Assembly (NCBI RefSeq): GCF_009914755.1
Contig: NC_060929.1
Reading direction: 5' to 3' (one strand)
Length of the DNA: 64,000 nt
Source: the human T2T-CHM13v2.0 reference genome, Homo sapiens
In this document: piece by piece, positions 11,846-28,399 of the stretch
Layout of the letters: every line of letters starts with the position of its first letter
How positions within the stretch are numbered: the stretch's first letter is position 1
Program-made: the position numbers and the translations under genes
Notes under the pieces: model-generated
What the model was told of the DNA's origin: nothing
Databases searched by the model: none
The model's input: only the letters and a program-made list of their open reading frames with translations

Positions 11846-13859
11846 ATTGAAAGGCAGAATGTTGGTCCAGGTGATGGAGGAGTTTGAAATTAGGAAGAAA
11901 AAAAGAATTGAAGTTTTTGAGCACAGAGGAAATATCATAGTAGTTAAGTCGTTCTAACTGTAACGTGCAAAATATTTACACCTTTTGGCAGCTGCAGCTT
12001 CCATTTTGAGTGATAAAATATCATAGCTTATTTCGATGCAATTATGAATTATATATGTACCACACTAATTCCAATTTACAGTATATGGTCACTAAATTTA
12101 AAAATAAGAAGAAATTGTAATTACTAATCACTAACAATGTGACTATAATTTATCATACAAACAAAGGTACTTTCAGAGTTAAAAGGCAATGCTCAAGTAA
12201 TTTTAATAATATGACTTTTTGAAGGATTTATGTACTGGGCTACACATTAATTTCATTATACTAGTGGACCTATACATTCACAAAAATATTTTAACAAACA
12301 GAAATATACAAAGAATAAAGTAACATATAGTCATGTGAATTATATATGTTAAAGAAAACCTTCTTTAAACTACTTACCCAAAGATTTAAAATAGTCTTTG
12401 GTTATTCCTGGAATATACCATAACTCAATCAGTTTTAAAGCATTCTGTAATACCATGTTACTGGTATTTTTCTGAATTTTTAAATTTCAATATAGTCTTA
12501 TTTTTCTGTAAAATTACATGTCATCTTATTTGAGGCTATATTTTATATGACATTATACAACATTTATATGATAAATATATAAATGTTGACACAATCAATT
12601 AACATTTCTTTGTATGGCATAATATTGTTAGTTTAGAAAACTCTCTCTCTTCAGGTGTTAGGGTATTTGGTAATTCAGACAAAATTGCTAAAAGTGAGAC
12701 TTATCAATTAAAACTTTTTTCATAGTGAAGTATGTAAATATTTAAGCCCCAATATTTTCATAAGTACTGTTTTCTTCCATTGAAAACTTTTTTTTCTTAA
12801 AAGGTATTTTTACAAGACAAAACATGTCAGATAAATTTTCTGCATTATTATTTTGAATGTTTCACTATATACAGATGCTTCAAAATCATAGACCTTCTGA
12901 ATTTTACTCCATTTTGATGGAGAATATATATTTATTCAACCAGAAATAGGAGCTCCATCAAAACATGAAAATTTTAAAATCAAATTATGCTGACATGCAA
13001 CTACAGAGGATCAAAATTAAACCACTGCAGGTGGTGACGTCAGCAAGAAGTAGAACAGGAGGTCCAAGCCCTTGTCTCCTCATAGAAACACTGATAAAAA
13101 CAATGATATTTTGGCCACGATACATGTATTTGAGCCAAAATGCCTGTATGTGAATTTTAGAATCCAATTAAGAAGTTGCATACCTCAGGTGGGCATAAAA
13201 CTAAGAAAAAACACCTTAAAACAGTTAATAAGAACAGTTTCACTTCAACTGTGTCAGAACCCTCCCCCAAGCTGGCACAGCTCATTATTGAGGAAGATTC
13301 ATTCAGCCTGCAATTTCTTCCTTGAGAGAGTGAGTGAGTGAAGTGTGCTTTTGATATCCCTAGCATTTTGGGGTGTTCCCCGAGAGATTTACCCCTGTCT
13401 CCCTCACTCAGAGTGTTGAAGCAACCTTCCTAGTTAGAACAGCTGGGGCACCTAACCACAGAGCAAAGGGGCAGGAGCTGTCAGCAGCCTGCATGGCATT
13501 GCAGAATTTGAAGAAGGTGCACAATCCTGAGACTTCTCCTTCAGAAGGAATGCAGAGAAGTGAAGCTTGCACTTTACCTCCCAGCACTCCAGCAGTCTGA
13601 CTTAAGGCCAAGGGGCAGGCAGCTCTTAGCAGTGTGCCATACATTGCAGGATTAAGAGAGGGTACACAATGTAGAGACTTCTTCTTTAAGAGAAAGAGAG
13701 AGAGGGAAATGAAGTTTGTACCTAATGTCCATGCATTTCAGTGTACTCCCCTAGTGGTTCTCAGAAGCTGCCTAGGCTCTGTGGGAGGGAGAAAAGGCAC
13801 ATAATGCTGAACCTTCTCTCTCAGGAAGGATGAAGAGGAGTGGAGCATGTACTTCCATG

Positions 13860-14605
13860 AAAAAATTTGAGAGGCTCCAAGAATCTTTAGCTAGGCTGAT
13901 TGGTGCAAGTCTTTCCTTGATTAAACCAGTCTGTAAAGACTTGAAGAGGCGGCTGCTTCTTCAAATGCACAACACCAAGACAAAACTAGAAGGAACACAA
14001 AGCATCAGGGAAATATGACACTACCAAAGGAACAAAATAAATCTCATGTAACTGACCTTAAAGAAATGTAAATCTACAAATTTCCTGACAAAGGACTCAA
14101 AATATCCTAAAGAAACTCAGTGAGTTACAAGAGAACTCAGATGGATAATTAAAATCTGAAAAACGATACCTGAACAAAATTATAATATCAACAAGGAGAA
14201 ATTATTAAAAAGTACCAAACAAAAATTCTGAAGCAGAAAAATACAATAACTAAATTTTAAAAATTCACTTGAGAACATCAACAGCAAATTTTATCAGAAG
14301 AAAGAATCACTGGGCTCAAAATCAGGTCATTTTAAATGACCCAGTTAGAGGAGCAAAAAGACAAAAGAATAAAACAGAGTTAAGAAAGCCTATGGAGCTT
14401 ATGGAGCATAATAAAGTGAACTAATATGTGCATCATGGTGATTCCAGAAGGAGACGAGTGACAGAAAGGACCATATGAGTTATTCAAAGAAATAACAGTG
14501 AAAACTTCCTAAATCTAGGGGAGGGAAATGGAAATCCAGACTCCATGTAACCTATAGTATTCCAAACGGGATGAATTTAAAGAAGTCTACAACGATACAA
14601 TGTAA
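13860..14605 (+). mobile_element. Old L1M 5'UTR/ORF1 fragment
   Basis: A-rich ORF1-like sequence (cagggaaatatgacactaccaaaggaacaaaataaatctc; gaaaacttcctaaatctaggg). Confidence 0.75.
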
Positions 14606-15039
14606 TCACTATATACCTATTATCCTGACAGCCATACACATTAGCATTTGCCCTAAGTTTTATATTTTAATTAACTTAATATTTTTAATTTTATATTTTA
14701 ATTAAAATGTATTTATATATATACATATGTGTATGTATATATACACACATATATATACATATGTGTATGTATATATACACACATATATATACATATGTGT
14801 ATGTATATATACACACATATATATACATATGTGTATGTATATATACACACATATATATACATATGTGTATGTATATATACACACATATATATACATATGT
14901 GTATGTATATATACACACATATATATACATATATACACACATATATATACACACATATACATATATATATACACACACACACATATATATAGGGCAAGTG
15001 CTAATGTGTATGGGTGTCAGGATAATAGGTATATAGTGA
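14606..15039. repeat. 50-bp inverted repeat (14606-14655 and 14990-15039) enclosing AT-rich DNA and a 34-bp minisatellite
   Basis: Arms are 48/50 complementary; six exact copies of atacatatgtgtatgtatatatacacacatatat at 14721-14924. Confidence 0.95.
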
Positions 15040-15278
15040 ATGCAGGGAAAGAAAGATCTATGATCACATTGTATGTAAGTTGGGCACTATTCTTAATAGC
15101 TAAGAAGAATATCCATTTTACAACTGAAAATTAAGCCATGGGAAGTGTTGAGAGCAAAGGGTAAGAAACTCAACCAAGTTTCTGCATCCAGTAAGAAGAA
15201 CCTATAAGTTTTATCCTAGAGCTAATGTTGTAAATCACGGTAGAATTTTACCTCTTATTTAAAGGATAACTTTTAATA

Positions 15279-15766
15279 TGTAACAGAATACATTTTGATA
15301 AATGGCCACAATACTATTTCCCATCCATTTGCTCTTTTTATGTGTTTTGGAAACTCCTCCCATTGAGAGATGGTATCTCTGTTCCCTCCACTTGTATATG
15401 GGCAGACTTGCGATTGACAGCAAAAGTGACAGTATGTGATTTCCAGGTCATAAAAAATACATCTTCAGCCTGATTCTCTTGAGATTCTCTCGCTTGGAAT
15501 TCTCTCTTTTGAAGCCCAGGCACGGTATTGTGAGGAGGTGCAAGGGTGCCCCATGGAGAGGCCCGTATGGAAAGGAACTCACAGCACCAACTTGCCAGCC
15601 AGGTGAGTGAGCTATTTAGGTGAAGTCATTCAGCGCCAGGTGAGCCACCTGGATAACATTGCATAGGGCACTGTTGTCTCCATATTTGTCATGAAAATAA
15701 GTAAGTGATATTTTCAGCTTTTAAATTACAGGGTTGCTTCTTATGTAACAATAATGAACAGGAATA
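15279..15766 (+). mobile_element. MLT1F/G-type MaLR solo LTR
   Basis: Starts tgtaacagaat...aaatggccaca, has ctcctcccattgagagatgg, and a MaLR-like end. Confidence 0.7.
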
Positions 15767-16101
15767 GGATGACTCTCTGTTTCTAAAGTCAAGTAATTGG
15801 CTCTATTCCTTCTTTTCCCTCTAGAAATGACATTTTCTGGCAGTTTGGTATGGTAGTTGGAAGAAAAGCAAGGGCTGTCACCTGATGGAGTATGTTTGGA
15901 ATGTGTGATCCTCTTCCACTGAAGAGTGCATTGTAGGGTCTGACAGCAGAGTTCCTCTCACTCAATCATGTGAGGCCTGAGTCCAGGGATTTGGTGTCTT
16001 CCCCTTGTCCAGGGACTTGGTGTTTTCCCCGTAAGGCCTCTCCCAAAAGGTTAATACTGAAATGAAGGCCATAATCAGGTTATTAATTTAAGGCATTAAA
16101 A

Positions 16102-16286
16102 CAGTATTTTTCAACTCTGTCACACATTTGACTCACCTGGGGAGATTTAAAAAGTGCTGATGACTGGATGCTGCTCCCATACCCAAATGATTCTGATTTA
16201 ATTGGTTTTGGGTGGGGTCTGGGGGTTATGATGCTTTAAAACTTCCCCAGGTGATTATAATGTGCACCCATGTGTAAGGACCACTT
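16102..16286. mobile_element. MER5A-like hAT-Charlie element
   Basis: cag...actcacctgggga...gattctgatttaattgg...ttccccaggtgatt...accact. Confidence 0.75.
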
Positions 16287-16401
16287 GTTTAGCGCTTAAA
16301 AAGAGGATTCTACAATGAGCAAAAGAGGAAATAAGGATTAATTGATGGAGATGAAAGAAAAGTGCCTGGAGACTTTGCAGAGTAGTAGAATCCTCCCTAG
16401 G

Positions 16402-16855
16402 CATGGAGCAGACACATCTGACAGCAATAACTTAACTGAAGCATACCCTGAGAGTGGCCCTGTGGTCTAAGAAGACTGTGTGTTCAGAGTTCCCAGCTAA
16501 GGAATCTGGGAGTAGCCAACCCAGAGTTTCATTCCTTATCTATGAGGAGCATCTGAATCCCTAGCTCATCTTGTGAAATGCAGGCTGTACAGGGGATCTA
16601 GGCCTGTTGTTGGGGTTAAATGAAAGTGGCCAGGCGGAGGTTGCTAGGGGGAGGGTGCTAAGTGAAAATGCTGTATAAATTACATGCTTTTTACAAGTGG
16701 TTGTGGTTCTCCTGTCCAGCCTGCCGCCACTGAACTGCCCTGTATGTAAGTCTCCTCAATGAACCCTATGTCTTCTTTGTTGGCTCCAGGTCTCTTCTTC
16801 ATCCTCTAGAAGGTGGTACCATCTCTAACGAAGTTAATAGGGGTCTAGCATGACA
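16402..16855 (+). mobile_element. LTR47-like ERVL solo LTR
   Basis: ctgacagcaataactta...agcataccctgagagtggccctgtggtctaagaaga, TATA-like tgtataaat, end gaagttaataggggtctagcatgaca. Confidence 0.8.
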
Positions 16856-16879
16856 ACAAGCAAGGCAGCAGGGCCTGGT

Positions 16880-17296
16880 GTCTATTTGTGTGGTTCCAGT
16901 TGGTTTTCTGCAATGTCCCTGTGGTAATCATTGGGACACCTCCCCTAAATCCAGTTATCCTCTCCTTCTGAGCTTATAAAGATTGAATTTGGGGCCCTGT
17001 TATGCTTTAGTGGGGCCATGATACTAGTACTGGCCAATGGGGTGAGAACTGGAGCATTTATTTGCAAGTTTTGCATCCTCCAGAATGTTTTTTTTCCTTT
17101 CTGGCATGAACATAAGCAACATTTGAAATGTGGCTGTTCCATCAGCATGGATCACAAGCCATTATGCAGAATCAAAAATGACTACCAACCTCTGTTATTT
17201 ATACAGTGTGAAGGAGAAATAAATCTTTGCTTCAGGCTACTAAGATTTTGGAATTGTTTGTTACTGAAGCATAACCCATAATATACTGACTAATAC
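16880..17296 (+). mobile_element. Old MLT1 (I/J/K-type) MaLR LTR
   Basis: End motif gagaaataaatctttg...gtttgttactgaagcataac...tgactaataca. Confidence 0.65.
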
Positions 17297-18439
17297 AGAA
17301 TGCGAGCAAAATGAGCATGCATTTTTCTACAGAGAATGAAGAAGCAGAATTCCTATCCTTCTGCAGTCAAGTTATGCCCAGGATTCCTTTAAGGAAAACA
17401 AGAGAACAGAAAAAAGACAGAATTTTCAGTTCATGCTTCATGAATTAAAGCAACATGCTTTAGCTTGAAGTCAGAGAACTGAGTATTTTATTTAGAAACC
17501 AGTATTTGGATCCTGGCAGTTTTCCCCTAAGGGTAAATTGGATACTATGCCAAGTTCACACTCATGGAATTAATTGACTGCTCTACTTTCAACATAAGGT
17601 ATCAAAGCTTTCCACATTAGTGACCCATGTAAAACAAACCTTACCACATGGTCTGTGGTTTTCAAGAAGTCTTCTATTAAATGAACTACTCAATATAAGT
17701 TTACTGCAGGGGGTGGGAGGAAACGGAAAAATACATGCACACTTAGAATGGGCCTTTGTGTGTTTTCTTTCGTCTAATTTTATATCCAAGGGCATTTTTT
17801 CAAAACTTTTTGGTATTCAAAAGTCAACATTATTGGCAGAATTTATTTTAGTCACAGGCTTATTCCTAGAGCTGGAACACAGAAGAAACTAGTTCTTTTA
17901 AAAATAAAGCCTACATGTAGAATCCCCATTGTTTGTGCATTTTTGATCAGTTTACTGAACTTTTGATGGCTCTCTTTGCCATGTAAATGCTTAAGGTTGC
18001 CTTCAGGCCCAGCCTGCTTCGTAAAGATTCATTCTGTATCTATTTCCTGTTCAGTTATTTTCTGGGGTCCTCTCTTTCAGGACTGCCTTTGGAGAAGCTT
18101 CACATTCATTCCTGAAGGCAGATGCACATCTATGGCAGAATATCTTGTGGTGTTTACATCTGCATTTTCTACCCAATATTTCCTTTTTTTTCCCTTTTAC
18201 ATTAAAGAAGGCTCACGGACAGGACTAAGAGCAGGAAAAACCTATGATCTCTGACATTTAGTGGTTAAGTAAACAAGAGGGGTATGGTGTTCAGACAAAA
18301 TGTTTGACCAGAAGCAGGAGGGAAAATGAAGCTTCCCTGTAAACCTACAAAACTACAAAAGATGTCCCTGGTTGGAGGAAAGAAGAAAAGAGGAGACTTT
18401 TAAAATATAGTGAATTAATAGAAAATTTGAGGTCTAGTA

Positions 18440-18930
18440 ATGGCAACAGATCAGGAGATGATTTTTGTTGAAAAGACAGTTCATTATTCATAGTTTTTCC
18501 CAAAGGGAAGTAGGGGGCCCAAACAGGGCAGGGTTGATCAGGGGGCAGAGAGATGGTGGGGAATGGGGCAAGAGGTTTTATTATGGTTTCTAATGAAGAA
18601 ACAGGCTAAGCAGGGTAAGCTGGTTTAGGATGGCTAGTTTGAATAATTTTAGCAGGCTCTGGGGCATAAGGGTTGTCTCTGGTGGTCCAGCACTTGGCTC
18701 TGGGGTGACTAGGACCAGTGGATAGTGGTCCAGAGTATAAGAGGCCAGCCCAGTAAAAAATGTGGTTGAGGTATGGGCTCCTTATTGGTTGATTTGTATT
18801 TCACAAAGCCCACCTATGGGCAAGTTACTTACTGTCTGTAGTTATTGGCTAACCCTGGGAGGATCAGGGCTAGCAGGACCCCAGATATGGCAGCATCAGA
18901 TACAAAAAATAAAAGCCATTGTTATTACAA
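18440..18930 (-). mobile_element. MER76-like ERVL LTR
   Basis: gcagggtaagctggtttaggatggctagtttgaataattttagcaggctctggggcata matches the remembered consensus. Confidence 0.6.
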
Positions 18931-19005
18931 GAAGGGTTTTTCTCTCTAATTTTTTATATCAATAAGACCTAACACAGATATGCAAAGCCCCAGAGCAGAA
19001 AGAGC

Positions 19006-19503
19006 TGCATTAGTTACGTATTGCTGTGTCAAAAATTACCCCACGACTTAGCAACTCAAACCAACAAAGACTTATGATATCACAGTTTTAGTGGGTCAGG
19101 ATCTAAATTTGCTTTAACTGGATCCTTTGCTCAGGGCCTCTTACAAAGCCTCTATCAAGATGTTGGTCATGGCTGCAGTCATCTCGCACCTTGGCTGGCG
19201 GATGATCTGCCACCAAGCTCATTCACGTGATCACTAGAAAGGTTCAGCTCCCTTGGGCTGTTGGATTGAGGGTTCCTTTCTTGCCATGTGGGTGTCTCCC
19301 TAGGTCAGCTCACAACATAGCTGCTGGTTTCCATCAGTGAGCAAGCAAGAGAGCAAGAGAGGGAGAGCAAGATGGAAGTCAGCATTTTCTGTAACCTAAC
19401 GTCAGAAGTGACAGCCCATCACTTTTGCTGTATCATGTCTGTTAGAAGTATCAGTAGATCCTTCCCACAGGCAAGGAGAGCATGGATACCAGGTTGCCTC
19501 CCA
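19006..19503 (-). mobile_element. MLT1F/E-type MaLR solo LTR
   Basis: tgcattagttacgtattgctgtg...aattacccc...ttagc start; gaagtgacagcccatcacttttgctg. Confidence 0.7.
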
Positions 19504-19781
19504 CATGGACTAGGGTTTAATTTCTTGGCATTGTATCAGGGAAGCATAGATCCCATGCAGCCTCTCTGCATCAGGACATAAACAAACTTGGAAAGATGCC
19601 ACTACCCAAGCATAGGACACAAAGTCCCAGTCCCCAGGTCTGATTGCCCACACAAGCCAAAATTATGGATATTTCAGAGAACATCTGAGTGACTTAATAA
19701 TTAGACCCCTCTTCCTTCCTCCCAAAATATGTCAACCTCTTGAAACTTTGAGATGACATGAGGACTGAAGAGGTGATTCAC

Positions 19782-20255
19782 TAAGGTGACCAAATGTGGA
19801 CACCAGGACACATTTGAGAGTACTTACAATGATATGGTTTGGCTGTATTCCCACCCAAATCACATCTTGAATTGTAGCTCCCATAATCCCCATGTGTCAT
19901 GGGAGGGATCTGGTGGGAGTTAATCGAATAATGGGGGCAGGTTTTTCCTGTGCTGTTCTCATGATAGTGAATAAGTCTCAGGAGATCTGATGGTTTTATA
20001 AAGGGTAGTTCCCTGCACAAGCTCTCTTGCCTGCCACCACGTAAGATGTGGAGCCTTTGCTCCTCCTTCACCTTCCGCCATGATTGTGAAGCCTGCCCAG
20101 TCATGTGGAACTGTGAGTCCATTAAACTTCTTTTTCTTTATAAATTACCCAGTCTTGGGTATTTCTTAATAGCAATATGAAAATGGATCAATACATATAA
20201 TGATGCTAGGGTAAGCTAGGACTGTCCCAGGCAAACCAGGACCTAGGATCATCCC
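19782..20255. mobile_element. MER94-like hAT element split by a THE1 LTR
   Basis: Left piece taaggtgacc...ccaggacacatttgagagt; right piece ggactgtcccaggcaaaccaggac. Confidence 0.55.
19830..20195 (+). mobile_element. THE1 (C/D-like) MaLR solo LTR
   Basis: tgatatggtttggctgt...aataca termini; 5-bp target-site duplication (TSD) tacaa/tataa. Confidence 0.92.
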
Positions 20256-21073
20256 AGGACTAACCTGAAGGAAGATGAATTTTTTTCTGCCATCCTGCTA
20301 AGGGAGGTCCAAAATGGAAATTAAGTTGAGATGTAGAAAATAAAGTTCTGAACTGCAAGCATACCTGCCATGCAAGTCCTTCCCTTTGTAAGGGTTTCAT
20401 TACTAATCCTTACTGGGAAATATTTGTTGGGAGAAGATGTTGAGGAAGTTGCAAATGTGCCAGTATCACATTTGATCACATTAATCACAATAATCACACT
20501 TGATCATCCCAGCCATGGTCTGTAGTCCTACTCCCTTGCCAGATAATATATTTATATCCACCATGCCTGAGTGTGTAGTCATCCCACTCCTTTCTCACTC
20601 TAGCTCTGCAGTCCCTAGGTTATACAAATGCTTCTTAAGGTAGAGTCAGGTCAGATCAGGACCATTGAGGAGTCTGCATACCCTCCCAGCCATATAGGCA
20701 GTGTAGTTGTATCAGGCAGAAAGCTTTGGTTCTCCTTGCTGGTTAGCACTGCTAGCACCAGAATCATGCTACAAATCCTTCTAAATTCTTTTCCTTAAGG
20801 AGAGGTATTTCGTCACCAGGTGCAAACAATGAGTTTATCACCATGCAGACAATAACATAACATCTTTCATAAATTTAGGAAGATGGCCGAATAGGAAGAG
20901 CTCCGGTCTACAGCTCCTAGCGTGAGCGATGCAGAAGACGGGTGATTTCTGCATTTCCATCTGAGGTACCGGGTTCATCTCACTAGGGAGTGCCAGACAG
21001 TGGGCGCAGGTCAGTGGGTGCGTGCACCGTGCGCGAGCCGAAGCAGGGCGAGGCATTGCCTCATTTGGGAAGC

Positions 21074-21319
21074 TCAAGGGGTCAGGGAGGTCCCTTTCCT
21101 AGTCAAAGAAAGGGGTGACAGATGGCACCTGGAAAATCGGGCCACTCCCACCCGAATACTGCGCTTTTCTGACTGGCTTAAAAAGCTGCACACCAGAAGA
21201 TTATATCTCGCACCTGGCTCGCAGGGTCCTACGCCCACGGAGTCTCTCTGATTGCTAGCACAGCAGTCTGAGATCAAACAGTAAGGTGGCAGCGACGCTG
21301 GGGGAGGGGTGCCCGCCAT
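21074..21319 (-). CDS. LINE-1 antisense ORF0, open (81 aa)
   Basis: MAGTPPPASLPPYCLISDCCASNQRDSVGVGP... matches the primate L1 ORF0 peptide. Expression is unknown. Confidence 0.6.
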   Translation of the reverse strand: MAGTPPPASLPPYCLISDCCASNQRDSVGVGPCEPGARYNLLVCSFLSQSEKRSIRVGVARFSRCHLSPLSLTRKGTSLTP

Positions 21320-21771
21320 TGCCCAGGCTTGCTTAGGTAAACAAAGCAGCCTGGAAGCTCCAACTGGGTGGAGCCCACCACAGCTCAAGGATGCCTGCCT
21401 GCCTCTGTAGGCTCCACCTCTTGGGGGCAGGGCACAGACAAACAAAAAGACAGCAGTAACCTCTGCAGACTTAAATGTCCCTGTCTGACAGCTTTGAAGA
21501 GAGCAGTGGTTCTCCCAGCATGCAGCCGGAGATCTGAGAACGGGCAGACTGCCTCCTCAAGTGGGTCCCTGACCCCTGACCCCCGAGCAGCCTAACTGGG
21601 AGGCACCCCCCGGTAGGGACAGACTGACACCTCACATGGCCAGGTACTCCAACAGACCTGCAGCTGAGGGTCCCGTCTGTTGGAAAACTAACAAACAGAA
21701 AGAACATCCACACCAAAAACCCATCTGTACATCACCATCATCAAAGACCAAAAGTAGATAAAACCACAAAG

Positions 21772-22788
21772 ATGGGGAAAAAACAGAGCAGAAAAACTGG
21801 AAACTCTAAAAAGCAGAGCGCCTCTCCTCCTCCAAAGGAACGCAGTTCCTCACCAGCAATGGAACAAAGCTGGACGGAGAATGACTTTGACGAGTTGAGA
21901 GAAGAAGGCTTCAGATGATCAAATTACTCTGAGCTACAGGAGGACATTCAAACCAAAGGCAAAGAAGTTGAAAACTTTGAAAAAAATTTAGAAGAATGTA
22001 TAACTAGAATAACTAATAGAGAGAAGTGCTTAAAGGAGCTGATGGAGCTGAAAACCAAGGCTCGAGAACTACGTGAAGAATGCAGAAGCCTCGGGAGCCG
22101 ATGCGATCAACTGGAAGAAAGGGTATCAGCGATGGAAGATGAAATGAATGAAATGAAGCGAGAAGGGAAGTTTAGAGAACAAAGAATAAAAAGAAATGAA
22201 CAAAGCCTCCAAGAAATACGGGACTATGTGAAAAGACAAAATCTATGTCTGATTAGTGTACCTGAAAGTGACGGGGAGAATGGAACCAAGTTGGAAAACA
22301 CTCTGCAGGATATTATCCAGGAGAACTTCCCCAATCTAGCAAGGCAGGCCAACATTCAGATTCAGGAAATACAGAGAACGCCGCAAAGATACTCCTTGAG
22401 AAGAGCAACTCCAAGACACATAATTGTCAGATTCACCAAAGTTGAAATGAAGGAAAAAATGTTAAGGGCAGCCAGAGAGAAAGGTCGGGTTACCCACAAA
22501 GGGAAGCCTATCAGACTAACAGCAGATCTCTTGGCAGAATCTCTACAAGCCAGAAGAGAGTGGGGGCCAATATTCAACATTCTTAAAGAAAAGAATTTTC
22601 AACCCAGAATTTCATATCCAGTCAAACTAAGCTTCATAAATGAAGGAGAAATAAAATACTTTACAGACAAGCAAATGCTGAGAGATTTTGTCACCACCAG
22701 GCCTGCCCTAAAAGAGCTCCTGAAGGAAGCACTAAACATGGAAAGGAACAACCAGTACCAGCCGCTGCAAAATCATACCAAAATGTAA
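21772..22788 (+). pseudogene. L1 A ORF1 with a nonsense codon at position 49
   Basis: ATG at 21772; CGA>TGA at 21916-21918; the remainder is open to TAA at 22788. Confidence 0.95.
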
Positions 22789-22836
22789 AGACCATAGAGA
22801 CTAGGAAGAAACTGCATCAACTAATGAGCAAAATAA

Positions 22837-26674
<3,838 letters not shown>

Positions 26675-27235
26675 ACAATGAGAACACTTGGACACAGGAA
26701 GGGGAATATCACACTCTGGGGACGGTTGTGGGGTGGGGGGAGGGGGGAGGGGGGAGGGATAGCATTGGGAGATATACCTAATGCTAGATGATCAGTTAGT
26801 GGGTGCAGCGCACCAACATGGCACATGTATACATATGTAACTAACCTGCACATTGTGCACATGTACCCTAAAACTTAAAGTATAATAATAATAAAAAAAG
26901 AGTAAAAAAAAAAAGAATTAAAAAAAAATCTTTCATTTGCATGTATGTATGTTTAAGACTTTTAAACTGTCCAGTCTATAAGAATGAGCAGATGGCGGGT
27001 TAAAGGTGAACACAGGTGTGTGCTTAATACAATTTGATGATTTCATTAGCAAATCATCTCAGCCATCACTCCCAGTACACTTCTTTGGGTAAGAAACAAA
27101 TACTCGTGATTAATAGTGGTTTGACATGAAAATCCTTTTCAGGGACGTTCATGCTTACGGTTTGTAGATGTGAGACACTTGTATTTTGCACCAATATATA
27201 TTTTTAAATCCAAGATGTGATATAAAATAAACTAA

Positions 27236-27633
<398 letters not shown>

Positions 27634-28119
27634 TGCATACCTCTTTTCTAATCTTCATTCTCACCAGGAAAGTCCCTGCATCTTCTATTGTTCCTTTTCA
27701 TAAAGATAACATAGTGATAATATTTGCTGGGAGATTTGTGACTGTCCACTATGACAGATATTAATAGACTAGTTTTCTCAATTATTACTTTACTTTTATA
27801 TTAAATCCCATTTCAGAGTTTCCTGCAGACATGCTTTTTACACAGCACTAAATCTGCAGAGTTTGTATAAGCCTGTGTCTTTGAACTCTTGACAATTCTG
27901 GAGATATTCAATATTTGCTATAAAGATCCTGAGAGGGGAATGATGCCAAGCATTTTTATGTATTTTTGAGTAGCAGAATTCATAGAGTTTGAGTGCATTT
28001 CTTTAAAAGAAATTAATTATCTCCTTTAGCTAGGATGTATAAAATATGGATATTCTGTTCAGTCTTTCATAAAATATTATAAATAGATAACATGTAAAGC
28101 ATTATTTTCTGTGTCTGAC

Positions 28120-28390
28120 TGAAGTTGGTGCCAGGAGTAGCTTCAGAAAACAGTCCTCAAAATGTGTTTCTGAGATTGAGTTGCTCATAATATTGGGTGA
28201 GGACTAGAATAACCTTGTTGTTGGGGGAAATAGGACACCGGTAATCCATGGCACGCAGTTCTACGGTAATAATTCAAATTATTACCAGTGGTAGCACGGG
28301 GTGAAATATACATGTGGGGTAGGACACTGGGAGATCAAGTGGCTGTGGCATTTAGGCACTATGGCAGCCATAGTAATTACAAAGGTTGCA
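28120..28390 (+). mobile_element. ERVL-class internal fragment (post-LTR/gag region)
   Basis: gaagttggtgccaggagt start and ggtaatccatggcacgcag, similar to the internal region at 61820 onward. Confidence 0.5.
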
Positions 28391-28399
28391 GTCACACCT

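Noticed and set aside
13035-13042. Perfect CRE palindrome TGACGTCA
   Set aside because: About one 8-mer is expected by chance in 64 kb; no CpG island or other promoter evidence.
14691-15134. Stack of overlapping Y/I/H/C/V-rich ORFs and a regular repeat that could suggest a CRISPR array
   Set aside because: These are translation artefacts of a 34-bp tandem minisatellite; there are no spacers or cas genes and the context is eukaryotic.
15981-16032. Short tandem duplications (26 bp here, 18 bp at 40078-40113, ATCACA repeats near 20465-20505)
   Set aside because: Ordinary slippage products with no sign of function.
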